Shown in pieces: positions 18,154 to 28,928 of a DNA stretch of 64,000 bases. The stretch is from assembly GCA_000146465.1 (NCBI GenBank), contig CP001943.1. One strand, given 5' to 3'. The translations under genes and the position numbers were made by a program. A model generated the notes under the pieces. It made no database searches. It saw nothing but the letters and a program-made list of their open reading frames with translations, and had not been told where the DNA came from. Position 1 is the first letter of the stretch; every line of letters begins with the position of its first letter.

Positions 18154-20082
18154 TTAATTGGCTGTTCTTTTTTGCTTAGTAAAGGGCAATAGATTAAATA
18201 CCAAAAATCCATCGCAGTAATAAAAACCATTTCGCTCAAATTGAATCACATCTCCTTCCTTAATGTCCACAACGGCAGATTCAGCATACCAATACTCCTT
18301 TTGGATGGAATCCGTGTTGAATCTCGCTGCCAGATCCTCGTCGTCCCCGTCAGTCATCAGACTTCCATATTCAATAAGCTCCACAACTACAGATCCCCTC
18401 TTGGAAACCCACGATATTTTGTTCTTTGTCTGCTTGAAATCACCTTCTGGATTAAGAATGATTTCCATCTTAGTCACAATTCCGTCCTGGACACTTTTAC
18501 TTCGAACAATCGCATTTCCCCAGTTCATCAATGTAAATTCTTCATTTTCTTGGAGTATTTGCCCATCTTCTTGAGAAAGAAGTATTAAACTTGAGTAGAA
18601 GACCTCCTTTGTCCCGATGTCTCCATTCTTCTTGTGCCTTGGAACACTCATCATATATTCCGATGTATTTTTAACAGACACTTCTACAACATTTCTTTGC
18701 TGAACGCAGAAATATCTTGGTGCCACAGGATCAACTCTTTTTTTGTTCATTGCCCAGACCTTGTCCCAAGATATGGTACAGGTCTTTTGAGAAACTCCCT
18801 GCATCAGTATATATTCTCTGAGAACTTCCATGTTCATCCCAAGCCTCCTTATTCCCGCAACTGTTGCTAGCCTTGGATCATCCCATCCCGACACAAATCC
18901 GTTATCGACGTAGTACTTAAGCTTTCTTTTACTAAGAACGGTATTCTCGAAGTTGAGTCTCGAGAAGTCATGAATTTTAGGCCTATTACTTAATTGAAGA
19001 TTCTCTATGAACCAGTAGTATTGAGGATTTCTATCTCTATATTCATTAGCACGAAGTGACAATGTAACCCCCTCCAGACTGTCGACAATGGGACATGAAA
19101 AGTCATAAGTGGGATAAACTTTGTACTTGTCGCCCGTTCTATGATGAGGAGATTTGTTCATTCTGAAAATAACAGGATCTCTCATGGCCTTGTTGCAGTT
19201 GGACATGTCTATCTTTGCTCTCAGACAATATCCGGAGGCTTCCCCGCTGATCATTTCCTCAAATATCCTTTTGCTTTCCTCTGTACTCATATTCCTGCAT
19301 TTGGACTCAATACCCTTTCCTCTTTCATCCCTCATTTCTTCCTGTGGCGTGTTATCTGCATATGCCTTACCCTCATCTATCAAGAAAAAGGCCAAATCTA
19401 TTATCTTTTCAAAGTAGTCACTGGTGTGGGAAAGAGTGTATTCTCTGATTCCCAGAAGATCGAGATCCTTTAGAATTCCCTTCTCAAACCTTTCTTCCTC
19501 CTTCTCGGGGTTTGTATCATCAAACCTAACCAGCAGACGTCCATTCCCTTTGCTGGAAAAATACCAATTCAAAAGTGCTGCTCTTGCATGTCCAATATGG
19601 AGGCGGCCGTTAGGCTCTGGGGGAAATCTGGTTATAACATTTTCCGACGGCCCATCTATTTCAAGGTTCCCTTGCTCTTTCTTAAAACTTGTGTTAAACT
19701 CCTTAAGCAGGTTCTTGTTAGCCTTGAATTGCTCCGAATACATCTCACAGACATTCGGAAACTTCTCCATTTCCTTCTTGTCTTTTATGAGCTTGGTAAG
19801 TGTCGAATTTATATTGATCATTCCAAAAAGAATGTCCCTCAGCTCGTCAGAGTCAATGCAGCTTATAAAGGAGTTGAGCGAAAGTAGAAAATTCACTCCT
19901 TCTTCTCGATTCGGATTTATGGTGTAGGAATCAAGAACATCCATAAGACCGGCCGGGAAAATTTCCTTAGATATTTTTCCCAGTGCATTGGAATACACTG
20001 GAGGATCCTCTGGCTTTGTGCCATATTTCTTTAGCAGGATGTAATTGATAAGCTCCTCTTTGAACTCGCCTTTTCTATTCAT
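18154..20082 (-). CDS. GluRS: Glutamyl-tRNA synthetase, cytosolic eukaryotic type (class I)
   Basis: HIGH motif RFPPEPNGRLHIGHARAALLN and KMSKS-type TVLSKRKL. Long blocks (DDTNPEKEEERFEKGILKDL, YKVYPTYDFSCPIVDSLEGVTLSLRANEYRDRNPQYYWF, GWDDPRLATVAGIRRLGM...WDKVWAMNKKRVDPVAPRY) track eukaryotic GluRS closely. ATG start. Confidence 0.75.
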   Translation of the reverse strand: MNRKGEFKEELINYILLKKYGTKPEDPPVYSNALGKISKEIFPAGLMDVLDSYTINPNREEGVNFLLSLNSFISCIDSDELRDILFGMININSTLTKLIKDKKEMEKFPNVCEMYSEQFKANKNLLKEFNTSFKKEQGNLEIDGPSENVITRFPPEPNGRLHIGHARAALLNWYFSSKGNGRLLVRFDDTNPEKEEERFEKGILKDLDLLGIREYTLSHTSDYFEKIIDLAFFLIDEGKAYADNTPQEEMRDERGKGIESKCRNMSTEESKRIFEEMISGEASGYCLRAKIDMSNCNKAMRDPVIFRMNKSPHHRTGDKYKVYPTYDFSCPIVDSLEGVTLSLRANEYRDRNPQYYWFIENLQLSNRPKIHDFSRLNFENTVLSKRKLKYYVDNGFVSGWDDPRLATVAGIRRLGMNMEVLREYILMQGVSQKTCTISWDKVWAMNKKRVDPVAPRYFCVQQRNVVEVSVKNTSEYMMSVPRHKKNGDIGTKEVFYSSLILLSQEDGQILQENEEFTLMNWGNAIVRSKSVQDGIVTKMEIILNPEGDFKQTKNKISWVSKRGSVVVELIEYGSLMTDGDDEDLAARFNTDSIQKEYWYAESAVVDIKEGDVIQFERNGFYYCDGFLVFNLLPFTKQKRTAN

Positions 20083-20177
20083 TTTGTTTAATGGGCCAAA
20101 ATATTATCTGCCTATTCGTTGAGTGGCTGGCCGCAATACTACTAGAGGTATTCCAAGTCTTATACAAAGCCCCCGGG

Positions 20178-21947
20178 ATGAGCAAAATTTTGTTTGTAGA
20201 TTTCTGTACGGTATTGGAGAGAATAAACCAGACCACTAAGCGCTTGGAGATCCAATCAATACTTACGGATTACCTGAAGGATGTGCATAAAATCGATCCT
20301 CCTTCTTTGGCTCCAGTTCTGTACCTGTTTACAGCAACAGTGTATCCAGAATACTTCAATAAGGAACTGGGAGTGGGAGAGAATACTTTAATAAATGTTG
20401 TTGCTGAGCTCACAGGAAAGTCTGCCAAAAATGTTAAAAAGGAATATTCAAAGGAAGGAGATCTGGGGACTATAGCAATGAAGTGTAGAGTATCGCAATT
20501 GTTTGTGTTGAAGACACAGCTGGAAGTAATGGATGTGTTTCTTGGAATGAGAAAGGTGGCAAACGAGGGGGGACAGAAATCCTCTGCATCCAAGAAGAGA
20601 ATCATCCTCGGAATGATGGTTAAATGCTCTCCATTAGAGTCGAAATATCTGATAAGGTTAATTGAGGGAAGACTTAAAGTAGGACTGGCACTTAAAACTG
20701 TACTGATAAGTCTTGCAAATGCTTTTTCTAGTGACAAGGCCGACGAAGTCAAGGCAGCTTTCAATAGACAACCGGACATAGGGAGATTGGCCGAATGTAT
20801 TCTTGAATACGGAGTAGAAGGGCTTCCAACCAAGTTCCAGGTTTCTCCGGGAGTTCCTCTGAAGCCCATGTTGGCAAATCCTTCAAAAGACCTGACATCA
20901 GCTTTCAAAAAGGTTGAAAACAAGAACTTTACTTGCGAGTACAAATACGATGGAGAAAGGATCCAGATCCATAAGTTCGGAAATAGGATAGAAACTTTTA
21001 GTAGAAATTCCGAGAAGACCACAGAAAAGTATCCGGATTTAATGGATCTCTACAATATATCGGATAGAGATTTCATTATTGACGGAGAGATTGTTGCATA
21101 TGATAGAAAAGAGAGAAAAATTCTTCCGTTCCAAATACTAACAACAAGAAAGAGAAAAAGGGTGGAGAGCAGTAAAATAGATGTTCAGGTGTGTGTTTTT
21201 GGATTTGATCTAATATACTTTGATGGGAAAACTTATATTGACGAGCCATTTGAAGAAAGGAGGAAGATTTTGCACAGCTCATTCAAGGAGATGGACGGGA
21301 AGTTTCAGTTTACAGAGTTTAAAGATTGCGAGACTCCAGAAGAGTCCGAGATGTTCTTTAATGAGTCTGTCGAAAAGGGCTTTGAGGGGATGATGATAAA
21401 GATATTAGGGTCGGATGCAACCTATCTTCCATCACAGAGAAGTAACAAATGGATAAAGATAAAGAAGGATTACCTTGAGGGAATGTCGGATTCGTTGGAT
21501 CTGGTTGTGATGGGAGCATATTATGGAAAGGGAAAGAGAGCTGGATTCTATGGAGGATTCCTACTTGGAGTCTACAATGACGAAGAAGAGAAGTTTGAGG
21601 CATTGTGCAAGATAGGGACGGGATTTGATGACAATATTCTATCGAGGCTTTATGAACAGCTAAGTAGTAATCTGTGCAGTGCACCAAAGAACTACTCATA
21701 CAAGGAGTCTGTTAAGCCGGATGTGTGGGTAGAAGCCAAATATGTGTGGGAGGTCAAGGCAGCCGGACTTTCTCTGTCGCCCATATACAATGCTGGGGGT
21801 AATAGAAATGAAAAGGGAATATCGCTAAGGTTCCCCAGGTTCTTAAGAGAAAGAGAGGATAAAGATGTGAAAGAAGTGACCACATCTTCCCAGATTTATC
21901 AGATGTACTTAGACTCTAAGGTTGAGAATTCCGAAGAGTTCTACTAA
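20178..21947 (+). CDS. LIG1: ATP-dependent DNA ligase I
   Basis: Adenylation motif CEYKYDGERIQIH (KxDG), DNA-binding domain start FVDFCTVLERINQTTKRLEIQ, and OB-fold C-terminus. The track ATG at 20091 lies 8 nt from the GluRS start. The in-frame ATG at 20178 is preceded by aaagCCCCCggg and is the better start. Confidence 0.8.
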   Translation: MSKILFVDFCTVLERINQTTKRLEIQSILTDYLKDVHKIDPPSLAPVLYLFTATVYPEYFNKELGVGENTLINVVAELTGKSAKNVKKEYSKEGDLGTIAMKCRVSQLFVLKTQLEVMDVFLGMRKVANEGGQKSSASKKRIILGMMVKCSPLESKYLIRLIEGRLKVGLALKTVLISLANAFSSDKADEVKAAFNRQPDIGRLAECILEYGVEGLPTKFQVSPGVPLKPMLANPSKDLTSAFKKVENKNFTCEYKYDGERIQIHKFGNRIETFSRNSEKTTEKYPDLMDLYNISDRDFIIDGEIVAYDRKERKILPFQILTTRKRKRVESSKIDVQVCVFGFDLIYFDGKTYIDEPFEERRKILHSSFKEMDGKFQFTEFKDCETPEESEMFFNESVEKGFEGMMIKILGSDATYLPSQRSNKWIKIKKDYLEGMSDSLDLVVMGAYYGKGKRAGFYGGFLLGVYNDEEEKFEALCKIGTGFDDNILSRLYEQLSSNLCSAPKNYSYKESVKPDVWVEAKYVWEVKAAGLSLSPIYNAGGNRNEKGISLRFPRFLREREDKDVKEVTTSSQIYQMYLDSKVENSEEFY

Positions 21948-22005
21948 TCAATTGGTGTAATATGTTTTCAAAAATTTTTAAGTTTGTGTTTTAGTTTTCA
22001 CCCCA

Positions 22006-24123
22006 ATGGAGCATATGAAAAGTGGCTTTGAAAGTCCTCAACCGAATGAGGAAGACCTTTCTCCAAGGTCTATTATTGATGAATGCAACTACTACAGATC
22101 GACTCTGACAGCCATTCCCGAAAAGCAGGATTTAGTAAGAACGTCTGGAATTCCTTTTGTTATTAATGTGATACTAGAAAACTATGAAGAAGAAGAGGTT
22201 CCATTGTGCTCGGACGACATAATCCGATGTGAACGCTGCAAGTCTTACCTGAATCCTTTTGTTGAGATTATACCTCCAGGTCTGAAGTGGAAGTGCAATC
22301 TCTGCCTGACAATCAACGATCTGGCAACTGCCTTTCAAGTTACCAGCAGAGGGATATCTCGGACTAGTAGTCTGTTTGACCCCAAGGTGAATGCTATGCA
22401 TAATTACAGCTACTACACCCGAGGGGAGCTGAGAAGTACTGTTTATGAGCTAGAAGCACCACCGAATTACTCGCTCAAAACACCATCCCCTCCATTAATA
22501 TGCTTTCTCATAGAAGTGACTTTTGAAAGCATGAAATATAGATCTGTTGATGCAGTTATAAGAAGTATTCTAGGAGGGCTGAACCCAAGGTTCTTTGATC
22601 CAAGGTCTCGTATGATGTTTGCATTCTTCGACTCGTGCATATACCTTCTCAGGAAAAACGGAGACTTCTCCGTAATCTCGGATGCAACACATATTCCTTT
22701 CTTCTTAGAAGAGGACTTCTTGCTACCTCTTGATCATCGCTTCGACGTTGATGGGATAGAAAGGTTCTTCATAGAAAACAAGTCTACAAGAAACAATTAC
22801 GGAGATGCACTAAGGATTGTCCAGAACATCCTCGGTACCACTGGAGGATGCATAATCTCCTTTCTGGCAACATATCCAAACGTAGGCCCAGGGTGTGTGG
22901 ACTCCAATCAACATGAGCTAAGATGCAAGTCGGTATTTTACAAAGAAATATCGGTGTATTTGTCGAAGCAAGGTATATCTGTGACACAGTTTTTGTTTCC
23001 CCGACTTGGAATAGAACTTCCTACTCTTAGTGTATTAAGTAAGTATACAGGAGGAATGGTATACTATTACCCAAACTTCGATGGAACCGATCCTACATTT
23101 GCCACAAAGTTAGCTAATGATCTTGCTTCGCATCTCGATTTGAATATAGGGTTGTATGGAATGTGCAGAGTCAGAACCAGCAAGTGTGTGTTTATAAAGG
23201 AGTACTTCGGATCTTTACACCATAGGTCTGAGGATTTAATATCGTTTTCCACCTTCTTTCCTCCTCACTCATTCAGTTTTGAAATAGACATATCCAAGGA
23301 AGAAGGGACAAGGGGCGTTTGTTTCCAAGTGGCTATTCTTAGAACACTTCGTACTGGAGAAAGAAGAATCCGAGTAGTGAACTTTTGTATTGAAAAAGTG
23401 TCTAGATCATTGTACAGTGTTGTGGATCCTTATGCAGTAGCACATGCATTTGCTTTGAAAGCCTTTTTCTTCGAGTCGAGGACAAAGGGAGGAGGTAATG
23501 AGTATCTCAATAAGTCCATGAAGGATATTGTCAGATTGTACAAGCAGCTTTCCAATACAACAACCCTTTTACCTGCAACACTCGAGGTGCTTCCGATGCT
23601 CATCCTATCTCTTTGCAAGTCTATTCCCCTCAGACCTGCATCTTATACACCAATGGACTACAAATCCTACTACATATACCTGATTAGCAATTCCTACCCA
23701 AAGCTGGTTGATACAGTGATATATCCAACTTTACTCGCTTTACATCGGCTGGACTCTATACAGCCACTTAACCTAACTCTTAACTGCCTCGAGACAAACG
23801 GATTGTATTTACTAGATACCGGTGTGACCATCTTCTTTTTTGTGGCTAGAGACTGCGATCCATCTCTCCCGAACTTACTGTTCGACTCGTCCATAGGATC
23901 GGAAAGATTTATCTTCGATCCTGAAAGGAACGAATTTAGTGATTCTGTATGTAAGATAATCAAAGAGTTGAGAAGTAATAGGCATTTAACTCCCAACTAT
24001 GTGCTGGTGAGGGACGATGGCACAAGCAGCATATATAAGGACATATTCTTCACTTACTTTGTGGAAGACGAGTCTCACGGCCTTCCATCCTATTCTAAAT
24101 ATCTTGAATTGCTGAGGGCTTAA
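22006..24123 (+). CDS. SEC24: COPII coat protein Sec24-like (Sec23/Sec24 family)
   Basis: N-terminal zinc finger RCERCKSYLNPFVEII...KWKCNLCLTIND is the Sec24 pattern, followed by trunk, beta-sandwich and helical regions. ATG with caCCCCa upstream. Confidence 0.6.
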   Translation: MEHMKSGFESPQPNEEDLSPRSIIDECNYYRSTLTAIPEKQDLVRTSGIPFVINVILENYEEEEVPLCSDDIIRCERCKSYLNPFVEIIPPGLKWKCNLCLTINDLATAFQVTSRGISRTSSLFDPKVNAMHNYSYYTRGELRSTVYELEAPPNYSLKTPSPPLICFLIEVTFESMKYRSVDAVIRSILGGLNPRFFDPRSRMMFAFFDSCIYLLRKNGDFSVISDATHIPFFLEEDFLLPLDHRFDVDGIERFFIENKSTRNNYGDALRIVQNILGTTGGCIISFLATYPNVGPGCVDSNQHELRCKSVFYKEISVYLSKQGISVTQFLFPRLGIELPTLSVLSKYTGGMVYYYPNFDGTDPTFATKLANDLASHLDLNIGLYGMCRVRTSKCVFIKEYFGSLHHRSEDLISFSTFFPPHSFSFEIDISKEEGTRGVCFQVAILRTLRTGERRIRVVNFCIEKVSRSLYSVVDPYAVAHAFALKAFFFESRTKGGGNEYLNKSMKDIVRLYKQLSNTTTLLPATLEVLPMLILSLCKSIPLRPASYTPMDYKSYYIYLISNSYPKLVDTVIYPTLLALHRLDSIQPLNLTLNCLETNGLYLLDTGVTIFFFVARDCDPSLPNLLFDSSIGSERFIFDPERNEFSDSVCKIIKELRSNRHLTPNYVLVRDDGTSSIYKDIFFTYFVEDESHGLPSYSKYLELLRA

Positions 24124-24191
24124 TAAAACTGTTTGAAATCTCTTATCATATTCCATGGACTGCTTGAAAAGCCATGCCTGGCCTCCCCCCA

Positions 24192-26960
24192 ATGCAAAGG
24201 GAATTGGAAGACCTCATAACAAAGCTCAAAACAATGGCAATAGTTGATAATCACGAGGACTACAACTATTTAGTGTCGTGTACAGACAAGTACGACAACA
24301 AAGGAAAGATATTTGAGCTTCTGAGAAATAGGAACAATGCACCTGGGGAGATGGCACCTCTACTGTTTACATTCACATCGAAGCTCGGGACGGAGTCTGA
24401 CGAAGGTCTGCTTGTTCGAATCATTGACTTCATCAGAGGATGCAGAAGAGACTCGAGAGAGACCTCAGAATGGATGGTCAAGATCCTATTTTTGATTCTG
24501 GAAAAAGTCAAAGAGAAAAGGAAGGATTCTGCGATAAGGCTAAGGCTTCTTGAATGCATTAGGATTTACAGCCAGGACATAGGATTGGTCAACCACATGA
24601 TCGATCTTATGTGTACGAAGAGTAGCTCCGAGATTATCGGGTCGATACTTGAATCCATTCCCTCAGTATCTCATGAGTTTATTGAATGTGCCATGAAGCA
24701 AGATAATCCAGCTCTGCTGAAAAACCTGTCTCTTGTTCTTCCTTCCTTATCTGAAAAGGATATAAGTCTGTTTGTAAACTACGAGTCCTTTGAAGAATTT
24801 CTTGAGTCTGAGCACTTTTTTATGAGGAACTGCTTCCTGGAAATATGTGCAAACCTTGTAGAGCACTTTAAGAAGAAAGGAATGGTTGAGAAGATGAACG
24901 ATCTTATAGGAATGGTTGTAGAGAGGTTATCTGACACATATTTCTTAACTCGGTATAAGGCTCTTCAGGTTCTAGAATGTCTCTTCCAAAGGAACTCAAT
25001 AGGCGTAGGAAGAAGACATGAAATCATTCGGGAGATTGGAGGTCGGGTTCTGGACAAAACGGTTGTCGTTCGAAAGAAGGCCATAGGGATTTGTTCTGGC
25101 TTACTTATGAGCCATCCCTTTGCATCTGAAAAAAGTCTTGAAAAGAAGAATTTCAAGCCAAGCGAGGATGAAAACAACAGTAACTATCCTGACAATAAGA
25201 AAAAAGAGGTTGAAAGAAGGTATCATGAAGACTTGAATGAGTTCCACGACATCATGAGGGAAATACAGGACAATGTCATAATTCTCCTGAATGGAGAGAC
25301 TAAAACAGAAATTGCCGAATGTGTTGAATTTGTAAAGCTTTCCTTCTACTATAAAATAGATGGGTCCAAAGAGGCATTTGAATCACTCTTTGATCTTGTA
25401 TGGACCCAAGACCAGGAACTCTTGGTTCTGTCTTTCAAAGACCTTATTATGCAGATGAAGATGAGCAAGATCAGCTTATTTGGCTTCTTCAAGGAGTTTA
25501 TAAGGAAGGAAGGAAATCATTCGTTTGAAAGAATGATTAGAGAACTCAGTACAAGGAGGTATATAGATAAGTCATTTGTGGGGGAGCTATACAATACGTT
25601 TCTTCAAGGAGCTTATCTCTTTGAAACCTCTTATCTTTTAAGGCATATAGGAAGGCCTGTTCCGGTAGATATGTTCCACTCGTTGGCCCTGTCTATCACA
25701 AATCTTTTATTCTCTATCCAGGAGGAAAAGGATTTGGTTGAGATGCTGTCCGTGTACAAAAACATAATACAGATCAAGATACGGGAGAGGGTGGAATTCG
25801 ATGGTGAGATAATAGAAATGCTCATTAAGAACCTTGTGAAGATGACTTTCTTTGAACATCAGGTAACCGAGATAACTGTTTCTGTGATATATTCAATTAG
25901 CAGATTTCCCGAGAAGAGCATTATCATGCTACTTGAAAAGCTTTGTATGATGGAAAAAAGCATGCTCAAGGTTATTTCTGCAGTAGGATATATTGGGCTG
26001 AAACACATGAAGTATCTAGAGGAGTTGGAAAGACTGGTGAAGTCCAACAGGATAAAAGTCAAGGTGGATAAAACAGTAATTACTCCTGAGATAGTGGAGA
26101 GGAGAAGAAGTATAAATGCATCTAGACAGAGTATTAGCACCATTATTGAAGAAGAAAGGGATGGGAATAGTACAATTCTAAGCGACCCTGGGTTTAGCAA
26201 TAATATTTCCTCTAGGATTGGAGACAAAAGTGAAGAGGAAATCATTGACTTTTTCTTCTACATTAAGGAGAAAGAGATGCTATATGGAAAAAGTATTCTC
26301 TCTATCTTCAAACGAATTGTTGAAGATGGATGCCACTCCAATGATGAGGAGATACAGGTTTGCTCGTATGTTTCCCTTTACAGGCTCATGTGCATTAGCT
26401 TTGAATTTTTTACCGAGCATTACGATGTCTTTGTCAGGTCTATGAATCATCCGGTCTCTAGAGTTAGAGCAAATGCTGTTGTTGCAATGGGGGATTTTCT
26501 GTTGAACTACAATACCGTTGCAGAACAACATACTTATCTTTTGCTTGAATCTCTTTCTGACGCAGATGTAGATGTTCGAAGAAATGCTCTTCTTGTAATT
26601 CACAATCTGCTTATGAAGAACATCCTTAAAATCAAGGGATATGGTTCCAAACTTGCAGTTCTTCTAATCGATGAGGAAACCGAAATTCGAGAAATGGCAG
26701 AACACCTTCTGGTGCAGATATCCAAGAAGGAGAATATGATGTCTGTCCTTCTCTACGAGACAATAACTGCAGGCAATGACCAACTATCTTCTGTTATAGG
26801 ATTTTTTAGAGATTTGGTAAGCGAAAAAGTCAAGGAGAGTTTATTCTTGAAGGCCTTGAAGTCAAAGGTTGAACCAGAAACCTTGAGGCTTCTTCACAGT
26901 GCCTTTGATTTGGATGAAAAAATGATGGAGGTGGTTAGACTCCTCGACGGATCTAAATAA
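24192..26960 (+). CDS. CND1: Condensin complex subunit 1 (Cnd1/Ycs4/NCAPD2-like HEAT protein)
   Basis: The C-terminal Cnd1 domain VRANAVVAMGDFLLNYNTVAEQHTYLLLESLSDADVDVRRNALLVIHNLLMKNILKIKGYGSKLAVLLIDEETEIREMAEHLL matches the condensin D2 C-terminus. The track ATG is at 24174. The second ATG at 24192 sits directly after CCCCCCa. Confidence 0.55.
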   Translation: MQRELEDLITKLKTMAIVDNHEDYNYLVSCTDKYDNKGKIFELLRNRNNAPGEMAPLLFTFTSKLGTESDEGLLVRIIDFIRGCRRDSRETSEWMVKILFLILEKVKEKRKDSAIRLRLLECIRIYSQDIGLVNHMIDLMCTKSSSEIIGSILESIPSVSHEFIECAMKQDNPALLKNLSLVLPSLSEKDISLFVNYESFEEFLESEHFFMRNCFLEICANLVEHFKKKGMVEKMNDLIGMVVERLSDTYFLTRYKALQVLECLFQRNSIGVGRRHEIIREIGGRVLDKTVVVRKKAIGICSGLLMSHPFASEKSLEKKNFKPSEDENNSNYPDNKKKEVERRYHEDLNEFHDIMREIQDNVIILLNGETKTEIAECVEFVKLSFYYKIDGSKEAFESLFDLVWTQDQELLVLSFKDLIMQMKMSKISLFGFFKEFIRKEGNHSFERMIRELSTRRYIDKSFVGELYNTFLQGAYLFETSYLLRHIGRPVPVDMFHSLALSITNLLFSIQEEKDLVEMLSVYKNIIQIKIRERVEFDGEIIEMLIKNLVKMTFFEHQVTEITVSVIYSISRFPEKSIIMLLEKLCMMEKSMLKVISAVGYIGLKHMKYLEELERLVKSNRIKVKVDKTVITPEIVERRRSINASRQSISTIIEEERDGNSTILSDPGFSNNISSRIGDKSEEEIIDFFFYIKEKEMLYGKSILSIFKRIVEDGCHSNDEEIQVCSYVSLYRLMCISFEFFTEHYDVFVRSMNHPVSRVRANAVVAMGDFLLNYNTVAEQHTYLLLESLSDADVDVRRNALLVIHNLLMKNILKIKGYGSKLAVLLIDEETEIREMAEHLLVQISKKENMMSVLLYETITAGNDQLSSVIGFFRDLVSEKVKESLFLKALKSKVEPETLRLLHSAFDLDEKMMEVVRLLDGSK

Positions 26961-27005
26961 ATGTTCAAAGCCTAAGTCCAGTCTATATCCAAAGAACTGA
27001 TCTAG

Positions 27006-27452
27006 CTATGTATTCCAGGGTGCCTTTTTGAACACCTTTATGTTGGGAATTTTTCTGTGAAGCCTCCTATATGCTTCATGTATGTGGGAAGGAAGAAGAG
27101 GGCCGGTCTCTTCTCTTTCTCCCTGAACAATCTTTGCCATTTCTATCATCTCCCCCACAAATACCTTTGCAAGCCCACAAACTGCGATGACGAAATTTGG
27201 ATTTACAGCCTGGCCTATTACGCTGCTTATATACTTTTTAATTGCAGCCTTTGGAAACCCGCTCCCTCGAAACTTTTCATACCTGTGCAATTCTTCCTCA
27301 GTCATTGTCCCTGTAATAGAATGTAGACGCCCAGGATCCTCTCTCTTGTATGTAGAATCGTCTGTCATGAGATTGAGGTCGTCAGATTCTGTGTCTGACT
27401 GAACGTCTTTAGTGTTTTGGTCCTTTTCTCCTTCTTCATTACTCTCGTTCAT
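27006..27452 (-). CDS. TAF11: TFIID subunit TAF11 (histone-fold)
   Basis: Histone-fold region EELHRYEKFRGSGFPKAAIKKYISSVIGQAVNPNFVIAVCGLAKVFVGEMIEMAKIV matches the TAF11 core. The track start at 27542 is TTG. The ATG at 27452 is preceded by CCCtcgaa. Confidence 0.5.
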   Translation of the reverse strand: MNESNEEGEKDQNTKDVQSDTESDDLNLMTDDSTYKREDPGRLHSITGTMTEEELHRYEKFRGSGFPKAAIKKYISSVIGQAVNPNFVIAVCGLAKVFVGEMIEMAKIVQGEREETGPLLPSHIHEAYRRLHRKIPNIKVFKKAPWNT

Positions 27453-27485
27453 TTCGAGGGTTAATTTTCGAGTAGAGATAGGCCC

Positions 27486-28442
27486 ATGATAATAAGAATC
27501 GATCGGAAGCACATAAGTAGTTCTATTGAGGAGTGGTTCCAACTCCTGAAGTCCAACAACGATTCTTTGGAGGATGGAAAGACCTCTGGATGCGATCCAT
27601 CAATGGAGTACGAAATAGAAGTAAAAGAAAGTATCGGGAAAAAAATAGCCTTGGTTACTGTAAACAGGGTTGGTATAAAGCATGAAGTGTCTTTGGATAA
27701 GATCGAAGAAACTCTTCTGGAAGTTGTTGGGACCCTTCTTGGACATGAACTGGTGGTTATTCATGGATTTACAGTTAAGGATCAAAGCGGAGAAAAGACG
27801 AAACCGATTATTCCGATCTTCTTCAGATCGACTCTCGGGATTCAAATTCCCAAGAGAATGGGGTATTTAAAGAACGATGGAGCCGGAATTCCAGAGATCG
27901 ACGAGAGTATGATGGTTCCATTTGTGCATACCAGTCCAATTTTAAAGTCATTACTAAACTCAAGACCTTTGAGGTTCTCAGGCGAGGGTGTAAAAGCTTT
28001 GTTAGTTCTCTACAACGGATCTACATTCATCATCCCAGATACAGCTAGAATTATTCCTATGATCCGTGGAATGCTTTCCAGGGAAAAAATGGGAGAGTTT
28101 CTCAAGCTTCTCAAAAAGTTCCCATTTAAGTTTGTTGAAACCTTTATAAAAGCATATATGCAACCTTCTTCACTTGAAGTTAACAAGGAGTTGAGTGGTT
28201 GCTTTTCAGAATTTCAAAACAACCTTACCAAGCTTCACATCAAATGCATACACAAGATAGTATCTAATGCTCCTGTGTTTTTGGATGCTCGGGACAAGAT
28301 TACTGAAAGAATCGAGAAGTTTTATATTTACAATGCAAAAGGATTTAAGAGAAAAAGGGGGGAATATCTTAAGTGTAGAGAGGAGCTTTACATAGACAAG
28401 AATCCCATTGGATCTTTGAAGAGGTATTTCCGAGATCTCTAA
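27486..28442 (+). CDS. Hypothetical protein (no recognisable family)
   Basis: 318-aa ORF whose ATG directly follows ggCCC. Uninterrupted and of non-repetitive composition. Confidence 0.3.
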   Translation: MIIRIDRKHISSSIEEWFQLLKSNNDSLEDGKTSGCDPSMEYEIEVKESIGKKIALVTVNRVGIKHEVSLDKIEETLLEVVGTLLGHELVVIHGFTVKDQSGEKTKPIIPIFFRSTLGIQIPKRMGYLKNDGAGIPEIDESMMVPFVHTSPILKSLLNSRPLRFSGEGVKALLVLYNGSTFIIPDTARIIPMIRGMLSREKMGEFLKLLKKFPFKFVETFIKAYMQPSSLEVNKELSGCFSEFQNNLTKLHIKCIHKIVSNAPVFLDARDKITERIEKFYIYNAKGFKRKRGEYLKCREELYIDKNPIGSLKRYFRDL

Positions 28443-28475
28443 AAAGCAGTTATAGCAAGCCTGTGTATTGTACCC

Positions 28476-28898
28476 ATGGTAAGTGTATTAACCTCAGTAG
28501 ATGATGTGAACAAAGTAGTCGGAGACACATCTTGCAGACTTGTAGTTATAAGGTTTGGAGACAAAGAAGATCCGCTGTGCACCCATACAGATGCACTTCT
28601 AGAGAAGATATGTCCTCTCCTTTCTAATTACGTTGATATATATGTTTGTGAAAGAAACTCAGTAAAGGAACTTGAAGAAGTGATGAGGTTAGACTCGCCT
28701 TTGAATATCATGTGTTTCTTTAACAGGAGACATATAAAAATAGATTGTTCAAGTGGAGACAACGACAAAATAAATTTCCTAGTGGAGAATGAAGAAATGC
28801 TTGTAGAAATATTTACACTGGCATACAAGGCAGGTGTAAGAGGAAAAGGAATTATAAAATCTCCGTTTAAGGTCCAAGAGCTGCAAGGAGAATTATAA
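28476..28898 (+). CDS. DIM1: U4/U6.U5 tri-snRNP 15-kDa thioredoxin-like protein Dim1/Dib1
   Basis: Collinear with Dim1 over the full 140 aa: LVVIRFGDKEDPLCTHTDALLEKI...IYVCERNSVKELEEVMRLDSPLNIMCFFNRRHIKIDCSSGDNDKINF...LAYKAGVRGKGIIKSP. ATG preceded by gtaCCC. Confidence 0.6.
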   Translation: MVSVLTSVDDVNKVVGDTSCRLVVIRFGDKEDPLCTHTDALLEKICPLLSNYVDIYVCERNSVKELEEVMRLDSPLNIMCFFNRRHIKIDCSSGDNDKINFLVENEEMLVEIFTLAYKAGVRGKGIIKSPFKVQELQGEL

Positions 28899-28928
28899 CA
28901 TGCTAGATATTTATCAAAGAAAATCCTC

